Shown here piece by piece: positions 9,623-22,063 of a stretch of 64,000 nucleotides of DNA (position 1 is the stretch's first letter; the number at the start of each line of letters is the position of its first letter). The stretch is from an uncultured Verrucomicrobiota bacterium (GTDB taxonomy: Bacteria > Verrucomicrobiota > Verrucomicrobiia > Limisphaerales > UBA8199): assembly GCA_964507045.1 (NCBI GenBank), contig CAZDOO010000001.1, positions 1-64,000 of the forward strand, read 5' to 3'. The notes beneath the pieces are model-generated. The model was not told the DNA's origin, searched no databases, and worked only from the letters and a program-made list of their open reading frames with translations. The position numbers were made by a program, and so were the translations under genes.

Positions 9623-10515
9623 TTGGGCTTCTTCTGAAAGCGGAGTTTGGGCCGAACCGGCGGCGCCAGGGGAATCTTCGGCGGCACGCCGGCCTTTGCT
9701 TGTTCCTTCTCGCGGCGCCACGATTCGTATGAAGCGCGCAGCACCGGCGGGTTCGGGGGCGCGGCGGGCTCCGTGGCCGGCGCCAGCTTGGCCTCCACTT
9801 CGTGGACCTTGCCGGACAGCCAGTCTTCGGCTTTGGCGACCGACTCGCCGATCTTCGTCTCGGGGAACTTGATGCCCCCGATCTCGAAGTCGGTGAGCGA
9901 CTTGAAGGTGTCCAGCGTCTGGTCGGCGGAAGATAGAGCCGCCTTCATGCGGCCGGCCACCGTGTCGAGCGTCTGATAGCCGTTGACCAGCCACTCGACC
10001 TGGCCCGTCTCAATATCCACCAGCAACCCGTGCACTGGAATCTTCGGCCCGATCAGCGGGCTCTGGCGCACAATGTCCGCCGCTTTGATGACGTTGGCCC
10101 GCTCGCTGCCGAACATGCCGAAGAACTCGTTTACGTTGGCGGGCAGCAGGTGCCGCTCCACTCCCAGCGCCCGGAACCGGTCAACCAGCTCCATGGTGGC
10201 CGTCTTGCCTACCTGGCAATCCGTGTGGCCGATGATGGCGATCTCCTTGCCGCCCTTAACCGCGCACGCCAGGGCTAGCGACCGCATAGTGCTGCTGAGG
10301 GGGCCGGTGATGATGTTGCCCGCGTTGCGCAGCCAGATGAACTGGTCCTTGGGCACGCCCAGCACCTCGGGCAGCAGCGCGTTGAGCCGCACGTCAATGC
10401 ACGTCAGCGCCACAACCGGCAGCTCGTTCTCGAACTCCGCCGGATGCACCCCAGCGCTCTGGTCGCCCGCCACCGCGCGGTGGTTGGCGTCTATGATGGC
10501 TTCAAACAGGCGCAT
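9619..10515 (-). CDS. beta-class carbonic anhydrase-like protein with C-terminal extension
   Basis: LTCIDVRLN gives the CxDxR motif. IIGHTDCQVG gives an HxxC motif in which the usual Gly is Gln. A Pro/Lys-rich C-terminal tail of about 100 aa follows. Confidence 0.6.
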   Translation of the reverse strand: MRLFEAIIDANHRAVAGDQSAGVHPAEFENELPVVALTCIDVRLNALLPEVLGVPKDQFIWLRNAGNIITGPLSSTMRSLALACAVKGGKEIAIIGHTDCQVGKTATMELVDRFRALGVERHLLPANVNEFFGMFGSERANVIKAADIVRQSPLIGPKIPVHGLLVDIETGQVEWLVNGYQTLDTVAGRMKAALSSADQTLDTFKSLTDFEIGGIKFPETKIGESVAKAEDWLSGKVHEVEAKLAPATEPAAPPNPPVLRASYESWRREKEQAKAGVPPKIPLAPPVRPKLRFQKKPK

Positions 10516-10553
10516 GCTGTTAAAGTCCTGATTCGTCGCCTCGCACAATTACG

Positions 10554-10790
10554 CTACCCGCCGGCTTTGCGGCGGCCCACAAAGAAGTAGATCAAGGCTC
10601 CGAGGACGTGCAAGAACAAGACGACCAGAACCCAGATAATCTTCTCGGTATCGTTCAACCTCTGGTTCGTAATCGCGTGGATCAGCATCCAGATCCAGAA
10701 TGCGAACAAGGCAAGGCCGACAACAGCCACAGCCAGCAGCAACAGCATTCCGAATACTCCCGCTCCGGCTGAACCATAAACGTTGTTCAT
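10554..10790 (-). CDS. PLDc_N domain small membrane protein
   Basis: Two TM helices. IIWVLVVLFLHVLGALIYFFVGRRK is typical of the phospholipase-D N-terminal-domain family. Confidence 0.6.
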   Translation of the reverse strand: MNNVYGSAGAGVFGMLLLLAVAVVGLALFAFWIWMLIHAITNQRLNDTEKIIWVLVVLFLHVLGALIYFFVGRRKAGG

Positions 10791-10802
10791 CAGACTCCTC
10801 CG

Positions 10803-12338
10803 CTACTTCTGCTTCTCTTCGCTTTGGCCCTTCTCGCTCGCCTTCTTCAGCCCGGGCACCTGTTCGAGCAGCTTCTCGAACTTGATGCCGGTGAGGCTCT
10901 CGATGACAGGCGGGAGTTGCGCCACGATCTGCGTGACGTCGCCGGTCAGCTTGCTGGCGCCGCCGCCCACGCCGCTGCCGGAGTTGATGATGACCATCTT
11001 CTCGGTCTTGGCCAGGGGTTCGCTGATCTTGCCGGCGACCTCGGGCAGCACGCGAATGATCATCTCGACGACCGCCGCTTCGTTGTACTGCTTGAAGGAC
11101 TCGGCCTTCACGCGCATGGCCTCGGCCGTCGCCTTGCCTTGCGCCTCGATGACGGCGGCTTCAGCCAAGCCGCGGGCCTTGTTGGCATCCGCTTCCGCCA
11201 CACCGGTCGCCTTGACCACGTCGGCAGCCGCAAACCCGGTTGCCTTGGTCGCCGATGCCGACCCGGCGGCTTCGGTCTCCAACTGGAACTTGCGGGCGTT
11301 GGCCAGGGTTTCGACCTTGTAGCGCTCGGCGTCGGCCGGCTTCTGCACGTTGGCTTCCAACTCGCGCTGCTTGCGCAGGATTTCCTGCTGCTGCAGCTCG
11401 ATCTGCTTCTGCTTCTCGATGATGCTGACCTGCACCTCTTCGGCCTTGACCAGCTGGCCGGTCTTGTACTTCTGCAAGTCATAGGCCAGGTCCGCTTCGG
11501 CCTTCTTCTGGTTCACCGCCGCCTGGTATTGCGCGACGTTGCTCTGGTAATCCCGCTGCGCCTCGGCAATCTTGGTGTCCGCCGCGAACTTCGCCTCCTG
11601 CCCCGCCTGGATCGCCTGGGAGGACTTGATCATCGCGTCCCGGTCCGCCTCCGCCTGGGCAATCTGCGCGTCGCGTTTGACCTGCGCGATCCGCGGTTTG
11701 CCCAGCGCATCCAAATAGCCCTGGCTGTCCCGAATGTCCTTGATCGTGAAGCTGACTATGCCCAGGCCCATGTTCGCCATGTCGCCCGCCGCCACTTCCT
11801 GGACCTTCTGGGCAAAGGCGTCGCGGTTCTGGTAGATATCCTCGACTGTCATCGTGCCCAGAATGGCCCGCAAATGCCCTTCCAGCGTCTGATTCGCGAT
11901 GTGCTTAATGTCCTCGGTGTTCTTGCTCAGGAATTGCTCGGCCGCGGTGGCGATGGAGACGTCATCACCCTTGACCTTGATCTGCGCCACCCCGTCCACG
12001 CGCACCGGCACACCTTTGCTCGTATAGACGTCTTGCTGCTGCTCTACGTCAATGGTCAGCAGCTCGAGCGACAGCCGGTCCACCTTCTCAATCACCGGGA
12101 TGACAAACGTGCCGCCGCCCTTCCGCACCCGGAAGCCGCGCACCTGTACGGTCCCATCCGGGTCCGTGTAACGGTGCCGGCGGCCCGACACGACGAGCAC
12201 CTCGTTCGGGCCGACCTTGACATAGCGGCTGGCCCAGATGGCCGCGAAGATGACGATGACGACAACCAGCCCGACGACCACCGAGGCGACGGTGCCGCCG
12301 AGGAGAGCCTCCGCGAAGAACAGGGTAGGGTTTGGCAT
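10803..12338 (-). CDS. flotillin / SPFH (band 7) family protein, YqiK-like
   Basis: N-terminal TM helix, an SPFH core, and a long Ala/Glu/Gln-rich coiled-coil region. Confidence 0.85.
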   Translation of the reverse strand: MPNPTLFFAEALLGGTVASVVVGLVVVIVIFAAIWASRYVKVGPNEVLVVSGRRHRYTDPDGTVQVRGFRVRKGGGTFVIPVIEKVDRLSLELLTIDVEQQQDVYTSKGVPVRVDGVAQIKVKGDDVSIATAAEQFLSKNTEDIKHIANQTLEGHLRAILGTMTVEDIYQNRDAFAQKVQEVAAGDMANMGLGIVSFTIKDIRDSQGYLDALGKPRIAQVKRDAQIAQAEADRDAMIKSSQAIQAGQEAKFAADTKIAEAQRDYQSNVAQYQAAVNQKKAEADLAYDLQKYKTGQLVKAEEVQVSIIEKQKQIELQQQEILRKQRELEANVQKPADAERYKVETLANARKFQLETEAAGSASATKATGFAAADVVKATGVAEADANKARGLAEAAVIEAQGKATAEAMRVKAESFKQYNEAAVVEMIIRVLPEVAGKISEPLAKTEKMVIINSGSGVGGGASKLTGDVTQIVAQLPPVIESLTGIKFEKLLEQVPGLKKASEKGQSEEKQK

Positions 12339-12380
12339 AGCTTGGATAGGAGTTAAGGGTTACTGGGTGTTTTTGTGATA

Positions 12381-12941
12381 TTAAATGGGAGCAACATAGA
12401 ACTGAGTGCCGACGATGCGGATGATCTTGACGGTCTGGCCGGCGGCGACAGCTCCCCCGCCTTCGTTTCGCGCGGGCGCGGTATAGCGTGAGCCCGCCTG
12501 CACATAGGCGATTTCCCCCACGCCGCTGGCCGGAATGGGCGTGATGACCGTCGCGCTCATTCCCACCAGCGTCGCGACACGCGACTCGCTGGAAGCGTCC
12601 ACTTTGTGAAAGACCGTCCCGAACAGCCAGACGACGCCTGCGGCGATAATCAATGCCCCCAGCAAGGCCAGGGGGGCGCTGAGCCAGGGGCTCTCGGTGG
12701 CTTTAATCCGCGAGAAAATCATCCCCAGGCCGCCGAACGCCGTGATGAAGGCCGTGATGGTGGTCGGACTGAACGGCGAGAGTCCCGGCATGCCCGTATC
12801 CTGGAACCCAGCCTCGGCGTGTCCCCCCGTACCCACATTCACATCCACATCATGCCCGCCGAAGAGATGCCCCAGGAATGCGCTGACAATGGCGAACAGC
12901 AGTCCGACTCCAAAACAGACCGAATACACAAAAAAGTCCAT
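12381..12941 (-). CDS. NfeD/YqiJ-like membrane protein, flotillin partner
   Basis: Multi-TM N-terminus plus a C-terminal OB-like beta domain. It sits immediately upstream of the flotillin gene in the yqiJ-yqiK arrangement. Confidence 0.7.
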   Translation of the reverse strand: MDFFVYSVCFGVGLLFAIVSAFLGHLFGGHDVDVNVGTGGHAEAGFQDTGMPGLSPFSPTTITAFITAFGGLGMIFSRIKATESPWLSAPLALLGALIIAAGVVWLFGTVFHKVDASSESRVATLVGMSATVITPIPASGVGEIAYVQAGSRYTAPARNEGGGAVAAGQTVKIIRIVGTQFYVAPI

Positions 12942-13356
12942 AGGTCCTCGCTAAGTTGTTGCCGTCATTAAAGGGTCAAGCAACCGGCCGCGCAAGTGCC
13001 AAAGCTCGGCGCGGAGCAGTCTGTTCCACCGTGTCTGCCGCAAACCCCGCCTCCAGGTCTGTCCGCCCGGCTGCAATCGGTGCTTTGGATTGCGTTTCAT
13101 CGGCTCGTCTCCAGCAAACACCAACCCCGCTCCTTTTGCACTTACAATTTCCAGGAGCCTTTATAAGCGTTGGCTTCCCCGGTCTTTTCATTTGACGCGC
13201 GCCCGGTGCCGGACGAGACTGAACTGGCCGAGAGTTGAGGGAGACTTCCTGGGCGGTGAGCCGGCCTGGTGGCGGAATGCACAGCGCGGCGGGGGTCCTC
13301 AAACCGGCACATTCGCTGAGGACTTAGCCTCCGAATGGACGAAAGGATATTGACTT

Positions 13357-13635
13357 GTGAGCCGAAAATCGAAGAAGCCAAAGATGCAGACATTCCGCTA
13401 CGTCGCGCCCAACGCGACCAGCGTAATGCTCGTGGGTGATTTCACCGAATGGCAGCAAAAAGCGCTGGTCATGGAGAAGGGACCAGACGGGGTGTGGGCA
13501 ATCAGCCTCAAGCTGCCGCAAGGCAAGCACAGCTACCTGTTCATTGTGGACGGCCAGTGGTGTGAAGACCCGGCATGCACCGTGCGCATCCCGAATCCGT
13601 TCGGCGGCTTCGACATGGTCCGCGAAGTCGGCTGA
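13357..13635 (+). CDS. CBM48 / glycogen-binding (AMPK-beta-like) domain protein
   Basis: VMLVGDFTEWQ, GVWAISLKLPQGKHSYLFIVDGQW and DP motifs resemble the isoamylase N-terminal CBM48 fold. Confidence 0.55.
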   Translation: MSRKSKKPKMQTFRYVAPNATSVMLVGDFTEWQQKALVMEKGPDGVWAISLKLPQGKHSYLFIVDGQWCEDPACTVRIPNPFGGFDMVREVG

Positions 13636-13856
13636 CGGTCCGCCGGTCCAGCGCCCGTGTCGGCCCGCTCCGCACGAGCGGGCGACGCTTGTGTCAGGAG
13701 AGCGACGCAGTTAAGGCTGGCATACGCTGGCCGTATCTGCGTTACTCCAGCGCCTGTTATGACACATTGCCCAACAGTTCCGGTCCCGCCGGCCCAGTTC
13801 CGCGCCCCGATTGCCAGCCTGGGTGACCGCTGACCGCCACCCTTTGACGCACAAGG

Positions 13857-15629
13857 ATGAAACAGCTCGTTCTCGTTGACTACGCGATTATCGCCGTTTA
13901 CATCGTCGCCTCCTTTGCCATCGGGAACTATTACATGAGGCGGGCGGGCTCTTCTCTGGACGAGTATTTTCTGTCTGGCAGAAGGACCCCCTGGTGGCTG
14001 ATCGGGCTTTCGATGGTGGCCACCAATTATGCGATAGACTACCCCCTGGCTATCACCAAGCTGGTGGCGAAGAACGGCATCATGGGCACCTGGTATGTGT
14101 GGTCGCTCGCCATCGCTGGCATCGCCGCCACGTTCTTCTTCTCGCGGCTGTGGCGCCGGGCGCGGGTGGTGACCGATGCCGAGCTGATCAAGTACCGCTA
14201 CAGCGGCAAGATCGGGGATGCGCTGCGCGTCTTCAAGGGCATCTACTTCGGCGTTGTCATCAACTGCTTCGTCCTGGGCTGGATCTTTCGCGCCCTGGTG
14301 AAGGTCGCGGGGGCGGTAACTCCCTGGAACCCGTGGCTGATTCTGGCGTTCTTTGTCGTGGTTACGATGGCCTATACCATGAGTGGCGGGCTCTCCGCCG
14401 TGATTATGACCGACACCTTGCAGTATGTCATGATCACCGTGAGTGCCATCCTCTTTGCCGGCTATGCTGTTGCCCACGTGGGGGGCCTGGCGCAGATGGT
14501 GTCGAAAGTGGAGACGCTCTATCCCGGCAAGCACTACCTGGACTTCAGCCCCGGCTTCAGCGGTGGACAGGTCATGCCTTGGTCCGCCTTCTTCGTTTAC
14601 CTCTTTGTCCAGTGGTGGGCGCAGAAGTTCTCGGACGGCGGGGGCAAGCTCATTCAACGAATGAGCGCCGCCCGGAGCGAGACGCACTCCGTTATCGGCA
14701 CCTTCCTCTATTCGATCCTCTACGTGCTGTCCACCTGGCCGATCATCATCGTGGCCTTGTGCACCCTCATCGTCTTTGGCAAGCAGCCCGATCCCGAGCT
14801 CGGCTACCCGCGCCTGATGACGGAGATCCTGCCTCATGGCATGCTGGGCTTTTGCCTGGTCGGGCTGCTGAGCGCCTTCATGTCCACCGTGTCAACCCTC
14901 TTCAACCTCAGCCCGTCTTACCTGGTCAATGACATCTACAAGGCGTTCTTCGTGAAGCAGGCCTCGCAGCGGCATTACGTGCTGGTCTCCCGGATCACCA
15001 CCGCCCTCATTGCCGGGACGGGCATGCTCCTGAGCATGAAGATCGAGTCCATTGCTGACATGTGGCAGTTCGTGCTGTCCTTTGCCAGCGGCGCCGGCAT
15101 CATCTGGATTCTGCGCTGGTTCTGGTGGCGCATTAATGCCTGGTCGGAGTTCTCTTCCATGATCTGCAGCGCTGCAGTTGCCACCTATCTCAAATTGGCG
15201 CGCCCGGAAGTGCCGTTCGAGCACACCCTGCTGATCATTGTGGCCGTGACCACGCCCGTCTGCCTGCTGGTGACGTATCTGACGCAGCCGGTGGGCGACG
15301 AGACCCTGCGCGACTTCTACCACAAGGTGCAGCCCGGCCAGTGGGGCTGGCGCCGGATCTCCGAAAAGTATGGCATCGCCCGCACGCCATTCCTGATGAG
15401 GGCGTTCGTGAACTTTCTCCTGGGCGCGGCCTTGCTGTTCCTCATCAACTTCGGCGTCGGCACGCTGCTGTTGCGGTCGCTTTGGCTGGGGGTGTCGGAG
15501 ATTCTGGCCGGAGGTGTGATTGCCCTCATACTGCTCAAGCGGATTCAAAAGGAGGACTTGCCGCCGGCCGGTGAGAAGGCCGTGCCGCCACACAGAGTCG
15601 AGAATTGCGAGTTGGTAGATCAGGTGTGA
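13857..15629 (+). CDS. sodium:solute symporter family transporter
   Basis: Thirteen or more TM helices. The N-terminal YFLSGRRTPWWLIGLSMVAT is the SSF signature region. Confidence 0.85.
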   Translation: MKQLVLVDYAIIAVYIVASFAIGNYYMRRAGSSLDEYFLSGRRTPWWLIGLSMVATNYAIDYPLAITKLVAKNGIMGTWYVWSLAIAGIAATFFFSRLWRRARVVTDAELIKYRYSGKIGDALRVFKGIYFGVVINCFVLGWIFRALVKVAGAVTPWNPWLILAFFVVVTMAYTMSGGLSAVIMTDTLQYVMITVSAILFAGYAVAHVGGLAQMVSKVETLYPGKHYLDFSPGFSGGQVMPWSAFFVYLFVQWWAQKFSDGGGKLIQRMSAARSETHSVIGTFLYSILYVLSTWPIIIVALCTLIVFGKQPDPELGYPRLMTEILPHGMLGFCLVGLLSAFMSTVSTLFNLSPSYLVNDIYKAFFVKQASQRHYVLVSRITTALIAGTGMLLSMKIESIADMWQFVLSFASGAGIIWILRWFWWRINAWSEFSSMICSAAVATYLKLARPEVPFEHTLLIIVAVTTPVCLLVTYLTQPVGDETLRDFYHKVQPGQWGWRRISEKYGIARTPFLMRAFVNFLLGAALLFLINFGVGTLLLRSLWLGVSEILAGGVIALILLKRIQKEDLPPAGEKAVPPHRVENCELVDQV

Positions 15630-15680
15630 CCGGGTGAGGCCGAGTTTCACTGCGTTCCTGCCGGAAGCCCGCCCCTGAGG

Positions 15681-15703
15681 CTTGTAGGGAGAACTCCTAC
15701 AAG
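15681..15703 (+). terminator. putative stem-loop downstream of the symporter gene
   Basis: cttgtagg GAGAACT cctacaag is a perfect 8 bp stem. It is followed by gagtttggtgtt, a weak U-tract. Confidence 0.3.
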
Positions 15704-15972
15704 GAGTTTGGTGTTCCACCTTACAGACACTCGCAGGTGATTGGGATATAAGCGTTAACGGCAAGAGACATTCTGCACTGGACGCGAGGCCGTTTTGCGG
15801 AGTCTGGCGTGGGTGGCTGTTGCAGCGGCAGCCCGGTTGAGCAGGTGGGAATGGGTGCTTATCGTTAGCCCGGTGTAACTCAGACACCACCGGGTCCTGG
15901 GCTGCCGCTCCAGCAGCTTCCCGGTGGAGGCTGGGTGTCACTTCAGCTTGGTGGTGGATTCAGTCGCTCTGC

Positions 15973-16251
15973 TCATGATTGGTGAGCCAGGAACCACGTA
16001 ACCAGCAGGAATATCAATCCCAGCACAGCCGTCACTCCGACCAGCCATTTTAGCGCCCAGCCTTTCTCCAGCCGTTTGCACTTTTCCGCCAGCGCTGGTG
16101 AGAGCACCCCCCGTCTGACCCAGAAAGCATACTCCCAATCCACGAAAGCTCTCCACTGGGACGGCTTCCACAGCATGAAGCCCAGCCAAAGAAATGAGGC
16201 CGCTGTGAGCAGGAAGAGGCAGGCAGTTAAAGCCAGGGTCGTCTGGTCCAT
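15973..16251 (-). CDS. small two-TM membrane protein, hypothetical
   Basis: Two predicted hydrophobic helices. No homology recognised. Confidence 0.4.
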   Translation of the reverse strand: MDQTTLALTACLFLLTAASFLWLGFMLWKPSQWRAFVDWEYAFWVRRGVLSPALAEKCKRLEKGWALKWLVGVTAVLGLIFLLVTWFLAHQS

Positions 16252-16340
16252 GCGCGCAAAGTTGTATTCATGACGCCCGTGCTATGCCGCGCCAGATGGC
16301 GAGTCTAAGATTGACCTGGCGCCTGCAAGCTGGCGGGGGG

Positions 16341-16688
16341 CTAGAAGTCGTTACGGCACGCGGCGCAATACCATCCACCCCCGGGCGTATTCTTCCGGTG
16401 CAGGCGTACCGCCTTCTTTTCCCGGTCGTGACAAACCTGGCAGAACGGGCCCACCAGGTTTGTGCCATCATCAGTTGTCTTCCGGAGCCAATAAACACCC
16501 CGGTCAAAATACATATCGCGGCACGGTTCGGACTCAACCTCCATGCCTTGGAGTTTATTCTTCAGGGCCAGGTTTTCTTCTTGCAGGCGCAGCACCGCCT
16601 CTCGCAGCTCCAGTATCTTCTCTCTGGCCTCAGCGGTGAGTCCGTTCTTGAGCAGCTCAATAATGTCCTGGTAATTCGGAATGCCCAT
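16341..16688 (-). CDS. hypothetical coiled-coil protein with C-terminal CxxC-(N16)-CxxC zinc ribbon
   Basis: Lies in a low-GC (about 50%) islet. An N-terminal heptad-rich segment is followed by CQVCH...CAACR. Confidence 0.45.
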   Translation of the reverse strand: MGIPNYQDIIELLKNGLTAEAREKILELREAVLRLQEENLALKNKLQGMEVESEPCRDMYFDRGVYWLRKTTDDGTNLVGPFCQVCHDREKKAVRLHRKNTPGGGWYCAACRNDF

Positions 16689-16735
16689 GCAGGAAGTCTA
16701 TTGTTCAACGAACCTGCACGGGAAAATGGTGAAAG

Positions 16736-16975
16736 TCAATTCCGGGAATTGCCCCTGACTAATCGTGCCTCGTTAGTCTTCAGATATTTCTCCATCGTCT
16801 CGATGCTGCTGGTCTGAATCCGGCGCGCTTGCCCCAGCTCCCGCATCATCCGGTAGTCAATCAACCGTTTGCCCAGCTCCACAATCTGAATATACGCATT
16901 CTCGGTCTTCCATAACTGCCCATTGGCCAAGGCCGGCTGGGACTTCTTTCGATTTGCTCTTACTTTCACGTTCAT
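16736..16975 (-). CDS. small basic hypothetical protein
   Basis: In the same low-GC islet. Start taken at MNVKVRANRKK. No family recognised. Confidence 0.35.
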   Translation of the reverse strand: MNVKVRANRKKSQPALANGQLWKTENAYIQIVELGKRLIDYRMMRELGQARRIQTSSIETMEKYLKTNEARLVRGNSRN

Positions 16976-17070
16976 TGGACGCCTCAAACCCCGGTTTCGT
17001 TCAGATTTCAGGGACCGAAAGCCCCAAATCCAGATTGAAATTGGCCACGGCGAGTCCATTTTGGTGTGGG

Positions 17071-17934
17071 ATGAACGGGATTAGCCCAACTGCGCGCCCG
17101 GTAACCCGGGCGCCCCAGGGCCGGCTGGGGTTGCTGCTGCTGGCGGTTTGCTGGCCCTTGAACTGGGCGCTGCCGGGATTGCGCACTGCTTACCTGTTCT
17201 TTCCTCTATGGCTCGGCTACATTCTCGTGGTGGATGCTCTGGTCGTGCGCCGCACCGGCACCTCACTCTGGACCCGGTCGCGGCGGGACTTCGCGCTGTT
17301 CTTCCTGGCCTCGGCGCCGGCGTGGTGGCTCTTTGAAGCCATCAACCGGCGCACGGGCAACTGGGAATACCTGGGCAGCTCTGCCTTTAGCGACCTCGAG
17401 TACTGCCTGCTCTGCACGATTTCCTTTTCCACCGTCATGCCAGCAGTGTTCGAGACGGCGGAACTGGTGGGCAGTTTTCTCTGGGTGCAGCGCTTTGCCA
17501 GCGGTCCGCGCCTGCAGCCAATCCCGGCGGTGACCAGCGGCATGTTCTTCAGCGGTATCGCCATGCTTGGCTTGACACTGGCCTGGCCGAAATACTGCTA
17601 TCCCTTTGTCTGGACCTCGCTCGTGCTGATTCTCGAGCCGCTGAACTGCTGGCTGGGCCGCCGGCACTTCCTGCAGCATCTCCAGCACGGCGACTGGCGG
17701 CCGGTCATTTCCCTCGGGCTGGGAGCGGTCATCTGCGGGTTCTTCTGGGAGATGTGGAACTACTACGGCTATCCGAAGTGGATATATCACACCCCGGGGG
17801 CGCAGTTCCTTCACGTCTTCGAAATGCCGCTGCTCGGCTATGGCGGCTATGTGCCCTTCGCACTCGAGTTGTGTGCCCTCAAGAACTTTCTCTGGCCTGG
17901 CTCGCCGCGGCTGCGGCTGGGGACTACGGAGTGA
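17071..17934 (+). CDS. polytopic membrane protein, hypothetical
   Basis: About 8 TM helices. Start chosen at MNGISPT; the upstream part of the ORF lies in the low-GC islet. Confidence 0.5.
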   Translation: MNGISPTARPVTRAPQGRLGLLLLAVCWPLNWALPGLRTAYLFFPLWLGYILVVDALVVRRTGTSLWTRSRRDFALFFLASAPAWWLFEAINRRTGNWEYLGSSAFSDLEYCLLCTISFSTVMPAVFETAELVGSFLWVQRFASGPRLQPIPAVTSGMFFSGIAMLGLTLAWPKYCYPFVWTSLVLILEPLNCWLGRRHFLQHLQHGDWRPVISLGLGAVICGFFWEMWNYYGYPKWIYHTPGAQFLHVFEMPLLGYGGYVPFALELCALKNFLWPGSPRLRLGTTE

Positions 17935-18067
17935 TGGAGTATTGGAGTGATGGAGCACGAGCGGCCTGCCGTCCGGTCTCCATTAATCCATCACTCCATT
18001 AACCCATCACTCCGTTTGCCCCGCATTCCCGTTTCCCTTGGCCCGGCCCCTCTGGTAAGCTCCGGGC

Positions 18068-19597
<1,530 letters not shown>

Positions 19598-19607
19598 CCT
19601 CATCCCC

Positions 19608-20588
19608 ATGCCGGCGAACCTGACACCGGAATATGAGAAGGCCGAGCGACGCTACCGGCAGGCGACGAACGACGAAGAGCGACTGGCCGGCTTGCAGGAG
19701 ATGTTCAGCACCATCCCCAAGCACAAGGGGACGGAGAAGATGCAGGCGGACCTCAAGCACCGCATTGCCCAGCTCCGCCGGGAAGAGCAGAGGACCGCGC
19801 ACAGCAAGGGCCCGGATCCGTTCCACATCCCCCGGGGCGGCGCCGGGCAGGTAGTGCTCGTCGGGCCGCCGAACACCGGCAAGAGCAGCCTGCTGGCGGC
19901 CACCACTCATGCGGCGGCGAAAGTGGCCGACTACCCCTTTACCACCGCCGTGCCGCAGCCCGGGATGTGGCACTAGGACGACGTGCAGATCGAACTGGTG
20001 GACACGCCACCCGTCACGCCGGAACATGTGCCGACCGGGCTGATGGGCACGATTCGTAATGCCGATGTGGTGTGCGTGGTGGTGGAAGCCGGCGAAACGG
20101 CGCTCGACCAGGTGGAAATGGTGCTGGCCGTCCTGAACGCGCGCGGGCTGGCGCTGCGCCCGGTGGCGCGAAATGAACTGCCGGCGGCGGATGCCAGCCA
20201 ACGGCCCGGGCTGATCGTCGCGGCCAAGTTGGACCTGGCCCCGCCCGGGGCGCTGCAGACCTTGCGCGAGCTCTACGCCAGCCGGCTGCCGACTGTGGGC
20301 GTCAGTGCGCGAGCCCGGCAGGGTTTGGACGACTGGTTCGTGCGGCTGTGGGGATTGCTGGCTATGATCCGGGTTTACTCGAAGGAGCCGGGCCAGCCGC
20401 CGGACCTGCGCAAGCCGTTCCTCATGCCATTGGGCGCGACCGTCGCGGAGCTGGCGCAACGGATTCATCGCGACCTGCCGGAGCGGATGAAGTTCGCGCG
20501 GCTCTGGGGCCACAGCCGATTTGACGGCCAACAGGTGCATAAGACCGAGCCGCTCCGGGACAAGGACGTGGTGGAAATCCACGAGTAG
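19608..20588 (+). pseudogene. DRG/Obg-like GTPase with TGS domain, interrupted by an in-frame TAG at 19974-19976
   Basis: The two ORFs 19491..19976 and 19983..20588 are in the same frame. GPPNTGKSSLL is the G1 motif. PGMWH*DDVQIELVDTPP aligns with PGVIEYKGAKIQLLDLPG, with the stop at the conserved Tyr position. A C-terminal TGS domain follows (MIRVYSKEPG...VVEIHE). The G3 (DxxG) and G4 (NKxD) motifs are degenerate. Confidence 0.6.
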
Positions 20589-21055
20589 CATCATTAACAG
20601 CGAAGGCGGCAAGGCGCGTAGGAGAGCAATAGCCAATACCCCTTTCCCGTTTTCGCGTCTTCCCTGTTTCTTCGATGTCCCCTATCGCTTAAACCGATAT
20701 TGCCGCCAGGTTTATCAATTAACACTCCTGCCGATGGCGGGGTTAGGCTGGCGACATGAAAATCAACCAGCACGCGCGGAAGGTTCTGCAACTTCGATCC
20801 TCGGCCAGCCTGTTCGTCTTCCTGCTCTTGGTGCCAGCCACGTTTTGGACGGCATGTCGTATCGGGCAAGGCTGTGTCCCAATCACCGCGTCGCCCAGCG
20901 GTCCGACCCCGGCCATAGGCCACTGGTTCGTATCTCAGTAACGGGGAGCGGGAATCGTGCGCAGCCACTCACACCCAGGTCTCGTACAATTCAACCGCCA
21001 GAAAGAGGCGAATCGCCTTGAACTGCGCCCATCCAGCCATCAGACTTCTCCCGCG

Positions 21056-22063
<1,008 letters not shown>

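Noticed and set aside
10824-12356. 510 aa plus-strand ORF antisense to flotillin
   Set aside because: It consists of Leu/Arg/Asp low-complexity repeats that mirror the Ala/Glu/Gln coiled-coil codons of the real gene on the other strand.
13533-14837. 434 aa minus-strand ORF antisense to the sodium:solute symporter
   Set aside because: No motifs. It overlaps a clear 13-TM transporter gene on the opposite strand.
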